Assembly: GCA_964016885.1 (NCBI GenBank)
Contig: OZ024744.1
Coordinates: 47,368,001 to 47,432,000, forward strand
Direction: 5' to 3'
Length of the DNA: 64,000 bases
Source: Eledone cirrhosa
Lineage: Eukaryota
The notes below the pieces were generated by a model. That model was not told where the DNA came from. It worked only from the letters and a program-made list of their open reading frames with translations, and did no database searches. The first letter of the stretch is position 1. The number at the start of each line of letters is the position of its first letter. The translations under genes were made by a program, and so were the position numbers. This document shows, one piece after another, positions 1 through 13,100 of the stretch.

Positions 1-3000
1 GTGCTTTTTGCTGTTTCTTTCACATGTCCACTTCACAGTGTGGGCTGGGTGCTTTTTGCTGTGTCTTTCACATGTCCACTTTACAGTGTGGGCTGGGTGC
101 TTTTTGCTGTGTCTTTCACATGTCCACTTTACAGTGTGGGCTGGGTGCTTTTTGCTGTGTCTTTCACATGTCCACTTCACAGTGTGGGTTGGGTGCTTTT
201 TGCTGTGTCTTTCACATGTCCACTTTACAGTGTGGGCTGGGTGCTTTTTGCTGTGTCTTTCATATGTCCACTTTACAGTGTGGGCTGGGTGCTTTTTGTT
301 GTGTCTTTCACATGTCCACTTTACAGTGTGGGCTGGGTGCTTTTTGCTGTGTCTTTCACATGTCCACTTTACAATGTGGGCTGGGTGCTTTTTGCTGTGT
401 CTTTCACATGTCCACTTTACAATGTGGGCTGGGTGATTTTTGCTGTGTCTTTCACATGTCCACTTTACAGTGTGGGCTGGGTGCTTTTTCTGTGTCTTTC
501 ACATGTCCACTTTACAGTGTGGGCTGGGTGCTTTTTGCTGTGTCTTTCACATGTCCACTTTACAGTGTGGGGTGGGTGCTTTTTGCAGTGTCTTTCACAC
601 GTCCACTTTACAGTGTGGGCTGGGTGCTTTTTGTTGTATCTTTCTCACGTCCACTTTACAGTGTGGGCTGGGTGCTTTTTGCTGTGTCTTTCACATGTCC
701 ACTTTACAGTGTGGGCTGGGTACTTTTTGCTGTGTATTTCACATGTCCACTTTACAGTGTGGGCTGGGTGCTTTTTGCTGTGTCTTTCACATGTCCACTT
801 CACAGTGTGGGCTGGGTGCTTTTTGCTGTGTCTTTCACATGTCCACTTTACAGTGTGGGCTGGGTGCTTTTTGCTGTGTCTTTCATATGTCCACTTTACA
901 GTGTGGGCTGGGTGCTTTTTGTTGTGTCTTTCACATGTCCACTTTACAGTGTGGGCTGGGTGCTTTTTGCTGTGTCTTTCACATGTCCACTTTACAATGT
1001 GGGCTGGGTGCTTTTTGCTGTGTCTTTCACATGTCCACTTTACAATGTGGGCTGGGTGATTTTTGCTGTGTCTTTCACATGTCCACTTTACAGTGTGGGC
1101 TGGGTGCTTTTCGCTGTGTCTTTCACATGTCCACTTTACAGTGTGGGCTGGGTGCTTTTTGCTGTGTCTTTCACATGTCCACTTTACAGTGTGGGGTGGG
1201 TGCTTTTTGCAGTGTCTTTCACACGTCCACTTTACAGTGTGGGCTGGGTGCTTTTTGCTGTGTCTTTCACATGTCCACTTTACAGTGTGGGCTGTGTGCT
1301 TTTTGCAGTGTCTTTCACACGTCAACTTTACAGTGTGGCCTGGGTGCTTTTTGCTGTGTCTTTCACATGTCTATTTCACAGTGTGGGCTGGGTGCTTTTT
1401 GCTGTGTCTTTCACATTTCCACTTTACAGTGTGGGCTGGGTGCTTTTTGCTGTGTCTTTCATATGTCCACTTTACAGTGTGGGCTGGGTCCTTTTTTCAG
1501 TGTCTTTCACATGTCCACTTCACGGTGTGGGCGGGGTGATTTTTGCTGTGTCTTTCACATGTCCACTTTACAATGTGGGCTGGGTGCTTTTTGCTGTATC
1601 TTTCAAATGTCCACTTTACAATGTGGGCTGGGTGCTTTTTGCTGTGTCTTTCACATGTCCACTTTACAGTGTGGGCTGGGCGCTTTTTGCAGTGTCTTTC
1701 AAACGTCAACTTTACAGTGTGGGCTGGGTGCTTTTTACTGTGTCTTTCACATGTCCACTTTACAGTGTGGGCTGGGTGCTTTTTGCTGTGTCTTTCACAT
1801 GTCCACTTCACAGTGTGGGCTGGGTGCTTTTTGCTGTGTCTTTCACATGTCCACTTTACAGTGTGGGCTGGGTGCTTTTTGCTGTGTCTTTCACATGTCC
1901 ACTTTACAGTGTGGGCTGTGTGCTTTTTGCTGTGTCTTTCACATGTCCACTTTACAGTGTGGGCTGGGTGCTTTTTGCTGTGTCTTTCACATGTCCACTT
2001 TACAGTGTGGGCTGGGTGCTTTTTGCTGTGTCTTTCACATGTCCACTTTACAGTGTGGGCTGGGTGCTTTTTGCTGTGTCTTTCACATGTCCATCTTACA
2101 ATGTGAGCTGGGTGCTTTTTGCTGTGTCTTTCACATGTCCACTTTACAGTGTGGGCTGGGTGCTTGTTGCTGTGTCTTTCTCACGTCCGCTTTACAGTGT
2201 GGGCTGGGTGCTTTTTGCTGTGTCTTTCACATGTCCACTTTACAGTGCGGGCTAGGTGCTTTTTTCAGTGTCTTTCACACGTCCACTTTACATTGTGGGC
2301 TGGGTGCTTGTTGCTGTGTCTTTCTCACGTCCACCTTACAGTGTGGGCTGGGTGCTTTTTGCTGTGTCTTTCACATGTCCACTTTACATTGTGGACTGGG
2401 TGCTTTTTTCAGTGTCTTTCACATGTCAACTTTACAGTGAGGGCTGGGTGCTTTTTGCTGTGTCTTTCACATGTCCACTTTACAGTGTGGGCTGGGTGCT
2501 TTTTGCTGTGTCTTTCACATATCCACTTTACAGTGTGGGCTGGGTGCTTTTTGCTGAGTCTTTCACACGTCCACTTTACAGTGTGGGCTGGGTGCTTTTT
2601 GCTGTGTCTTTCACACGTCCACTTTACAGTGTGGGCCGGGTGCTTTTTGCTGTGTCTTTCACATGTCCACTTTACAATGTGGGCTGGGTGCTTTTTGCTG
2701 TTTCTTTCACATGTCCACTTTACAGTGTGGGCTGGATGCTTCTTGCAGTGTCTTTCACACGTCCACTTTACAGTGTGGGCTGGGTGCTTTTTGCTGTGTC
2801 TTTCACATGTCCACTTTATAGTGTGGGCTGGGTGCTTTTTGCAGTGTCTTTCACACGTCCACTTTACAGTGTGGGCTGGGTGCTTTTTGCTGTGTCTTTC
2901 ACATGTCCACTTTACAATGTGGGCTGGGTGCTTTTTGCTGTGTCTTTCACATGTCCACTTTACAATGTGGGCTGTGTGCTTCTTGCAGTGTCTTTCACAC

Positions 3001-4199
3001 GTCCACTTTACAGTGTGGGCTGGGTGCTTTTTGCTGTGTCTTTCACATGTCCACTTTACAGTGTGGGCTGGGTGCTTTTTGCTGTGTCTTTCACATGTCC
3101 ACTTTACAGTGTGGGCTGGGTGCTTTTTGCTGTGTCTTTCACATGTCCATTTTACAATGTGAGCTGGGTGATTTTTGCTGTGTCTTTCATATGTCCACTT
3201 TACATTGTGGGCTGGGTGCTTGTTGCTGTGTCTTTCTCACGTCCACTTTACAGTGTGGGCTGGGTGCTTTTTGCTGTGTCTTTCACATGTCCACTTTACA
3301 GTGTGGGCTGGGTGCTTTTTTCAGTGTCTTTCACATGTCCACTTTACAGCGTGGGCTGGGTGCTTTTTGCTGTGTCTTTCACATGTCCACTTTACAGTGT
3401 AGGCTGGGTGCTAGGTTGCTGTGTCTTTCTCACGTCCACTTTACAGTGTGGGCTGGGTGCTTTTTGCTGTGTCTTTCACACGTCCACTTTACATTGTGGG
3501 CTGGGTGCTTCTTGCTGTGTCTTTCTCACGTCCACTTTACAGTGTGGGCTGGGTGCTTTTTGCTGTGTCTTTCACATGTCCACTTTACAGTGTGGGCTGG
3601 GTGCTTTTTTCAGTGTCTTTCACATGTCCACTTTACAGCGTGGGCTGGGCGCTTTTTGCAGTGTCTTTCAAACGTCAACTTTACAGTGTGGGCTGGGTGC
3701 TTGTTGCTGTGTCTTTCTCACTTCCACTTTACAGTGTGGGCTGGGTGCTTTTTGCTGTGTCTTTCACATGTCCACTTTACAGTGTGGGCTGGGTGCTTTT
3801 TGCTGTGTCTTTCACATGTCCACTTTACAGTGTGGGCTGGGTGATTTTTGCTGTGTCTTTCACATGTCCACTTTACAGTGTGGGCTGGGTGCTTTTTGCT
3901 GTGTCTTTCACATGTCCACTTCACAGTGTGGGCTGGGTGCTTTTTGCTGTGTCTTTCACATGTCCACTTTACAGTGTGGGCTGGGTACTTTTTGCTGTGT
4001 CTTTCACATGTCCACTTTACAGTGTGGGCTGGGTGCTTTTTGCTGTGTCTTTCACATGTCCACTTTACAGTGTGGGCTGGGTGCTTTTTGCTGTGTCTTT
4101 CACATGTCCACTTTACAATGTGGGCTGGGTGCTTTTTGCTGTGTCTTTCACATGTCCACTTTACAATGTGGGCTGGGTGCTTTTTGCTGTGTCTTTCAC

Positions 4200-7100
4200 A
4201 TGTCCACTTTACAGTGTGGGCTGGGTGCTTTTTGCTGTGTCTTTCACATGTCCACTTTACAGTGTGGGCTGGGTGCTTTTTGCTTTGTCTTTCACATGTC
4301 CACTTTACAGTGTGGGCTGGGTATATTTTGCTGTGTCTTTCACATGTCCACTTTACAGTGTGGGCTGGGTGCTTTTTGCTGTGTCTTTCACATGTCCACT
4401 TTACAGTGTGGGATGTGTGCTTTTTGCAGTGTCTTTCACACGTCAACTTTACAGTGTGGGCTGGGTGCTTTTTGCTGTGTCTTTCACATGTCTATTTCAC
4501 AGTGTGGGCTGTGTGCTTTTTGCTGTGTCTTTCACATGTCCACTTTACAGTGTGGGCTGGGTGCTTTTTGCTGTGTCTTTCATATGTCCACTTTACAGTG
4601 TGGGCTGGGTGCTTTTTTCAGTGTCTTTCACATGTCCACTTCACGGTGTGGGCGGGGTAATTTTTGCTGTGTCTTTCACATGTCCACTTTACAATGTGGG
4701 CTGGGTGCTTTTTGCTGTATCTTTCAAATGTCCACTTTACAATGTGGGCTGGGTGCTTTTTGCTGTGTCTTTCACATGTCCACTTTACAGTGTGGGCTGG
4801 ATGCTTCTTGCAGTGTCTTTAACACGTCCACTTTACATTGTGGGCTGGGTGCTTGTTGCTGTGTCTTTCTCACGTCCACTTTACAGTGTGGGCTGGGTGC
4901 TTTTTGCTGTGTCTTTCACATGTCCACTTTACAGTGTGGGCTGGGTGCTTTTTTCAGTGTCTTTCACATGTCCACTTTACAGTGTGGGCTGGGCGCTTTT
5001 TGCAGTGTCTTTCAAACTTCAACTTTACAGTGTGGGCTGGGTGCTTTTTACTGTGTCTTTCACATGTCCACTTTACAGTGTGGGCTGTGTGCTTGTTGCT
5101 GTGTCTTTCTCACGTCCACTTTACAGTGTGGGCTGGGTGCTTTTTGCTGTGTCTTTCACATGTCCACTTTACAGTGTGGGCTGGGTGCTTTTTTCAGTGT
5201 CTTTCACACGTCCACTTTACAGTGTGGGCTGGGTGCTTTTTGTTGTATCTTTCTCACGTCCACTTTACAGTGTGGGCTGGGTGCTTTTTGCTGTGTCTTT
5301 CACATGTCCACTTTACAGTGTGGGCTGGGTGCTTTTTGCTGTGTCTTTCACATGTCCACTTTACAGTGTGGGCTGGGTGCTTTTTGCTGTGTCTTTCACA
5401 TGTCCACTTCACAGTGTGGGCTGGGTGCTTTTTGCTGTGTCTTTCACATGTCCACTTTACAGTGTGGGCTGGGTGCTTTTTGCTGTGTCTTTCATATGTC
5501 CACTTTACAGTGTGGGCTGGGTGCTTTTTGCTGTGTCTTTCACATGTCCACTTTACAGTGTGGGCTGGGTGCTTTTTGCTGTGTCTTTCACATGTCCACT
5601 TTACAATGTGGGCTGGGTGCTTTTTGCTGTGTCTTTCACATGTCCACTTTACAATGTGGGCTGGGTGCTTTTTGCTGTGTTTTTCACATGTCCACTTTAC
5701 AGTGTGGGCTGGGTGCTTTTCGCTGTGTCTTTCACATGTCCACTTTACAGTGTGGGCTGGGTGCTTTTTGCTGTGTCTTTCACATGTCCACTTTACAGTG
5801 TGGGGTGGGTGCTTTTTGCAGTGTCTTTCACACGTCCACTTTACAGTGTGGGCTGGGTGCTTTTTGCTGTGTCTTTCACATGTCCACTTTACAGTGTGGG
5901 CTGTGTGCTTTTTGCAGTGTCTTTCACACGTCAACTTTACAGTGTGGCCTGGGTGCTTTTTGCTGTGTCTTTCACATGTCTATTTCACAGTGTGGGCTGG
6001 GTGCTTTTTGCTGTGTCTTTCACATGTCCACTTTACAGTGTGGGCTGGGTGCTTTTTGCTGTGTCTTTCATATGTCCACTTTACAGTGTGGGCTGGGTGC
6101 TTTTTTCAGTGTCTTTCACATGTCCACTTCACGGTGTGGGCGGGGTGATTTTTGCTGTGTCTTTCACATGTCCACTTTACAGTGTGGGCTGGGTGCTTTT
6201 TGCTTTGTCTTTCACATGTCCACTTTACAGTGTGGGCTGGGTACTTTTTGCTGTGTCTTTCACATGTCCACTTTACAGTGTGGGCTGGGTGCTTTTTGCT
6301 GTGTCTTTCACATGTCCACTTTACAGTGTGGGCTGTGTGCTTTTTGCAGTGTCTTTCACACGTCAACTTTACAGTGTGGGCTGGGTGCTTTTTGCTGTGT
6401 CTTTCACATGTCTATTTCACAGTGTGGGCTGTGTGCTTTTTGCTGTGTCTTTCACATGTCCACTTTACAGTGTGGGCTGGGTGCTTTTTGCTGTGTCTTT
6501 CATATGTCCACTTTACAGTGTGGGCTGGGTGCTTTTTTCAGTGTCTTTCACATGTCCACTTCACGGTGTGGGCGGGGTAATTTTTGCTGTGTCTTTCACA
6601 TGTCCACTTTACAATGTGGGCGGGGTGCTTTTTGCTGTATCTTTCAAATGTCCACTTTACAATGTGGGCTGGGTGCTTTTTGCTGTGTCTTTCACATGTC
6701 CACTTTACAGTGTGGGCTGGATGCTTCTTGCAGTGTCTTTAACACGTCCACTTTACATTGTGGGCTGGGTGCTTGTTGCTGTGTCTTTCTCACGTCCACT
6801 TTACAGTGTGGGCTGGGTGCTTTTTGCTGTGTCTTTCACATGTCCACTTTACAGTGTGGGCTGGGTGCTTTTTTCAGTGTCTTTCACATGTCCACGTTAC
6901 AGTGTGGGCTGGGCGCTTTTTGCAGTGTCTTTCAAACTTCAACTTTACAGTGTGGGCTGGGTGCTTTTTACTGTGTCTTTCACATGTCCACTTTACAGTG
7001 TGGGCTGTGTGCTTGTTGCTGTGTCTTTCTCACGTCCACTTTACAGTGTGGGCTGGGTGCTTTTTGCTGTGTCTTTCACATGTCCACTTTACAGTGTGGG

Positions 7101-10100
7101 CTGGGTGCTTTTTTCAGTGTCTTTCACACGTCCACTTTACAGTGTGGGCTGGGTGCTTTTTGTTGTATCTTTCTCACGTCCACTTTACAGTGTGGGCTGG
7201 GTGCTTTTTGCTGTGTCTTTCACATGTCCACTTTACAGTGTGGGCTGGGTGCTTTTTGCTGTGTCTTTCACATGTCCACTTTACAGTGTGGGCTGGGTGC
7301 TTTTTGCTGTGTCTTTCACATGTCCACTTTACAGTGTGGGCTGGGTGCTTTTTGCTGTGTCTTTCACATGTCCACTTTACAATGTGGGCTGGGTGCTTTT
7401 TGCTGTGTCTTTCACATGTCCACTTTACAATGTGGGCTGGGTGCTTTTTGCTGTGTCTTTCACATGTCCACTTTACAGTGTGGGCTGGGTGCTTTTTGCT
7501 GTGTCTTTCACATGTCCACTTTACAGTGTGGGCTGGGTGCTTTTTGCTTTGTCTTTCACATGTCCACTTTACAGTGTGGGCTGGGTACATTTTGCTGTGT
7601 CTTTCACATGTCCACTTTACAGTGTGGGCTGGGTGCTTTTTGCTGTGTCTTTCACATGTCCACTTTACAGTGTGGGATGTGTGCTTTTTGCAGTGTCTTT
7701 CACACGTCAACTTTACAGTGTGGTCTGGGTGCTTTTTGCTGTGTCTTTCACATGTCTATTTCACAGTGTGGGCTGTGTGCTTTTTGCTGTGTCTTTCACA
7801 TGTCCACTTTACAGTGTGGGCTGGGTGCTTTTTGCTGTGTCTTTCATATGTCCACTTTACAGTGTGGGCTGGGTGCTTTTTTCAGTGTCTTTCACATGTC
7901 CACTTCACGGTGTGGGCGGGGTAATTTTTGCTGTGTCTTTCACATGTCCACTTTACAATGTGGGCTGGGTGCTTTTTGCTGTATCTTTCAAATGTCCACT
8001 TTACAATGTGGGCTGGGTGCTTTTTGCTGTGTCTTTCACATGTCCACTTTACAGTGTGGGCTGGATGCTTCTTGCAGTGTTTTTAACACGTCCACTTTAC
8101 ATTGTGGGCTGGGTGCTTGTTGCTGTGTCTTTCTCACGTCCACTTTACAGTGTGGGCTGGGTGCTTTTTGCTGTGTCTTTCACATGTCCACTTTACAGTG
8201 TGGGCTGGGTGCTTTTTTCAGTGTCTTTCACATGTCCACTTTACAGTGTGGGCTGGGCGCTTTTTGCAGTGTCTTTCAAACTTCAACTTTACAGTGTGGG
8301 CTGGGTGCTTTTTACTGTGTCTTTCACATGTCCACTTTACAGTGTGGGCTGTGTGCTTGTTGCTGTGTCTTTCTCACGTCCACTTTACAGTGTGGGCTGG
8401 GTGCTTTTTGCTGTGTCTTTCACATGTCCACTTTACAGTGTGGGCTGGGTGCTTTTTTCAGTGTCTTTCACACGTTCACTTTACAGTGTGGGCTGGGTGC
8501 TTTTTGTTGTATCTTTCTCACGTCCACTTTACAGTGTGGGCTGGGTGCTTTTTGCTGTGTCTTTCACATGTCCACTTTACAGTGTGGGCTGGGTGCTTTT
8601 TGCTGTGTCTTTCACATGTCCACTTTACAGTGTGGGCTGGGTGCTTTTTGCTGTGTCTTTCACATGTCCACTTCACAGTGTGGGCTGGGTGCTTTTTGCT
8701 GTGTCTTTCACATGTCCACTTTACAGTGTGGGCTGGGTGCTTTTTGCTGTGTCTTTCATATGTCCACTTTACAGTGTGGGCTGGGTGCTTTTTGCTGTGT
8801 CTTTCACATGTCCACTTTACAGTGTGGGCTGGGTGCTTTTTGCTGTGTCTTTCACATGTCCACTTTACAATGTGGGCTGGGTGCTTTTTGCTGTGTCTTT
8901 CACATGTCCACTTTACAATGTGGGCTGGGTGCTTTTTGCTGTGTTTTTCACATGTCCACTTTACAGTGTGGGCTGGGTGCTTTTCGCTGTGTCTTTCACA
9001 TGTCCACTTTACAGTGTGGGCTGGGTGCTTTTTGCTGTGTCTTTCACATGTCCACTTTACAGTGTGGGGTGGGTGCTTTTTGCAGTGTCTTTCACACGTC
9101 CACTTTACAGTGTGGGCTGGGTGCTTTTTGCTGTGTCTTTCACATGTCCACTTTACAGTGTGGGCTGTGTGCTTTTTGCAGTGTCTTTCACACGTCAACT
9201 TTACAGTGTGGCCTGGGTGCTTTTTGCTGTGTCTTTCACATGTCTATTTCACAGTGTGGGCTGGGTGCTTTTTGCTGTGTCTTTCACATGTCCACTTTAC
9301 AGTGTGGGCTGGGTGCTTTTTGCTGTGTCTTTCATATGTCCACTTTACAGTGTGGGCTGGGTGCTTTTTTCAGTGTCTTTCACATGTCCACTTCACGGTG
9401 TGGGCGGGGTGATTTTTGCTGTGTCTTTCACATGTCCACTTTACAGTGTGGGCTGGGTGCTTTTTGCTTTGTCTTTCACATGTCCACTTTACAGTGTGGG
9501 CTGGGTACTTTTTGCTGTGTCTTTCACATGTCCACTTTACAGTGTGGGCTGGGTGCTTTTTGCTGTGTCTTTCACATGTCCACTTTACAGTGTGGGCTGT
9601 GTGCTTTTTGCAGTGTCTTTCACACGTCAACTTTACAGTGTGGGCTGGGTGCTTTTTGCTGTGTCTTTCACATGTCTATTTCACAGTGTGGGCTGTGTGC
9701 TTTTTGCTGTGTCTTTCACATGTCCACTTTACAGTGTGGGCTGGGTGCTTTTTGCTGTGTCTTTCATATGTCCACTTTACAGTGTGGGCTGGGTGCTTTT
9801 TTCAGTGTCTTTCACATGTCCACTTCACGGTGTGGGCGGGGTAATTTTTGCTGTGTCTTTCACATGTACACTTTACAATGTGGGCTGGGTGCTTTTTGCT
9901 GTATCTTTCAAATGTCCACTTTACAATGTGGGCTGGGTGCTTTTTGCTGTGTCTTTCACATGTCCACTTTACAGTGTGGGCTGGATGCTTCTTGCAGTGT
10001 CTTTAACACGTCCACTTTACATTGTGGGCTGGGTGCTTGTTGCTGTGTCTTTCTCACGTCCACTTTACAGTGTGGGCTGGGTGCTTTTTGCTGTGTCTTT

Positions 10101-13100
10101 CACATGTCCACTTTACAGTGTGGGCTGGGTGCTTTTTTCAGTGTCTTTCACATGTCCACTTTACAGTGTGGGCTGGGCGCTTTTTGCAGTGTCTTTCAAA
10201 CTTCAACTTTACAGTGTGGGCTGGGTGCTTTTTACTGTGTCTTTCACATGTCCACTTTACAGTGTGGGCTGTGTGCTTGTTGCTGTGTCTTTCTCACGTC
10301 CACTTTACAGTGTGGGCTGGGTGCTTTTTGCTGTGTCTTTCACATGTCCACTTTACAGTGTGGGCTGGGTGCTTTTTTCAGTGTCTTTCACACGTCCACT
10401 TTACAGTGTGGGCTGGGTGCTTTTTGTTGTATCTTTCTCACGTCCACTTTACAGTGTGGGCTGGGTGCTTTTTGCTGTGTCTTTCACATGTCCACTTTAC
10501 AGTGTGGGCTGGGTGCTTTTTGCTGTGTCTTTCACATGTCCACTTTACAGTGTGGGCTGGGTGCTTTTTGCTGTGTCTTTCACATGTCCACTTCACAGTG
10601 TGGGCTGGGTGCTTTTTGCTGTGTCTTTCACATGTCCACTTTACAGTGTGGGCTGGGTGCTTTTTGCTGTGTCTTTCATATGTCCACTTTACAGTGTGGG
10701 CTGGGTGCTTTTTGCTGTGTCTTTCACATGTCCACTTTACAGTGTGGGCTGGGTGCTTTTTGCTGTGTCTTTCACATGTCCACTTTACAATGTGGGCTGG
10801 GTGCTTTTTGCTGTGTCTTTCACATGTCCACTTTACAATGTGGGCTGGGTGCTTTTTGCTGTGTTTTTCACATGTCCACTTTACAGTGTGGGCTGGGTGC
10901 TTTTTGCTGTGTCTTTCACATGTCCACTTTACAGTGTGGGCTGGGTGCTTTTTGCTTTGTCTTTCACATGTCCACTTTACAGTGTGGGCTGGGTACATTT
11001 TGCTGTGTCTTTCACATGTCCACTTTACAGTGTGGGCTGGGTGCTTTTTGCTGTGTCTTTCACATGTCCACTTTACAGTGTGGGATGTGTGCTTTTTGCA
11101 GTGTCTTTCACACGTCAACTTTACAGTGTGGTCTGGGTGCTTTTTGCTGTGTCTTTCACATGTCTATTTCACAGTGTGGGCTGTGTGCTTTTTGCTGTGT
11201 CTTTCACATGTCCACTTTACAGTGTGGGCTGGGTGCTTTTTGCTGTGTCTTTCATATGTCCACTTTACAGTGTGGGCTGGGTGCTTTTTTCAGTGTCTTT
11301 CACATGTCCACTTCACGGTGTGGGCGGGGTAATTTTTGCTGTGTCTTTCACATGTCCACTTTACAATGTGGGCTGGGTGCTTTTTGCTGTATCTTTCAAA
11401 TGTCCACTTTACAATGTGGGCTGGGTGCTTTTTGCTGTGTCTTTCACATGTCCACTTTACAGTGTGGGCTGGATGCTTCTTGCAGTGTTTTTAACACGTC
11501 CACTTTACATTGTGGGCTGGGTGCTTGTTGCTGTGTCTTTCTCACGTCCACTTTACAGTGTGGGCTGGGTGCTTTTTGCTGTGTCTTTCACATGTCCACT
11601 TTACAGTGTGGGCTGGGTGCTTTTTTCAGTGTCTTTCACATGTCCACTTTACAGTGTGGGCTGGGCGCTTTTTGCAGTGTCTTTCAAACTTCAACTTTAC
11701 AGTGTGGGCTGGGTGCTTTTTACTGTGTCTTTCACATGTCCACTTTACAGTGTGGGCTGTGTGCTTGTTGCTGTGTCTTTCTCACGTCCACTTTACAGTG
11801 TGGGCTGGGTGCTTTTTGCTGTGTCTTTCACATGTCCACTTTACAGTGTGGGCTGGGTGCTTTTTTCAGTGTCTTTCACACGTTCACTTTACAGTGTGGG
11901 CTGGGTGCTTTTTGTTGTATCTTTCTCACGTCCACTTTACAGTGTGGGCTGGGTGCTTTTTGCTGTGTCTTTCACATGTCCACTTTACAGTGTGGGCTGG
12001 GTGCTTTTTGCTGTGTCTTTCACATGTCCACTTTACAGTGTGGGCTGGGTGCTTTTTGCTGTGTCTTTCACATGTCCACTTCACAGTGTGGGCTGGGTGC
12101 TTTTTGCTGTGTCTTTCACATGTCCACTTTACAGTGTGGGCTGGGTGCTTTTTGCTGTGTCTTTCATATGTCCACTTTACAGTGTGGGCTGGGTGCTTTT
12201 TGCTGTGTCTTTCACATGTCCACTTTACAGTGTGGGCTGGGTGCTTTTTGCTGTGTCTTTCACATGTCCACTTTACAATGTGGGCTGGGTGCTTTTTGCT
12301 GTGTCTTTCACATGTCCACTTTACAATGTGGGCTGGGTGCTTTTTGCTGTGTTTTTCACATGTCCACTTTACAGTGTGGGCTGGGTGCTTTTCGCTGTGT
12401 CTTTCACATGTCCACTTTACAGTGTGGGCTGGGTGCTTTTTGCTGTGTCTTTCACATGTCCACTTTACAGTGTGGGGTGGGTGCTTTTTGCAGTGTCTTT
12501 CACACGTCCACTTTACAGTGTGGGCTGGGTGCTTTTTGCTGTGTCTTTCACATGTCCACTTTACAGTGTGGGCTGTGTGCTTTTTGCAGTGTCTTTCACA
12601 CGTCAACTTTACAGTGTGGCCTGGGTGCTTTTTGCTGTGTCTTTCACATGTCTATTTCACAGTGTGGGCTGGGTGCTTTTTGCTGTGTCTTTCACATGTC
12701 CACTTTACAGTGTGGGCTGGGTGCTTTTTGCTGTGTCTTTCATATGTCCACTTTACAGTGTGGGCTGGGTGCTTTTTTCAGTGTCTTTCACATGTCCACT
12801 TCACGGTGTGGGCGGGGTGATTTTTGCTGTGTCTTTCACATGTCCACTTTACAGTGTGGGCTGGGTGCTTTTTGCTTTGTCTTTCACATGTCCACTTTAC
12901 AGTGTGGGCTGGGTACTTTTTGCTGTGTCTTTCACATGTCCACTTTACAGTGTGGGCTGGGTGCTTTTTGCTGTGTCTTTCACATGTCCACTTTACAGTG
13001 TGGGCTGTGTGCTTTTTGCAGTGTCTTTCACACGTCAACTTTACAGTGTGGGCTGGGTGCTTTTTGCTGTGTCTTTCACATGTCTATTTCACAGTGTGGG

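Noticed and set aside
34-61. Plus-strand 12-RSS starting at the CACAGTG variant
   Set aside because: Twelve or 23 nt downstream the sequence is T-rich (TTTTTGCTG; TCTTTCACA) rather than ACAAAAACC. Only the minus-strand arrangement has the right polarity.
60-92. Conserved hairpins (TGTG-TCTTT-CACA; CACT-TTAC-AGTG) as structured RNA or terminator
   Set aside because: Stems are only about 4 bp, and common variants (T12A, A22T, C23A, G38A) break pairs without compensation.
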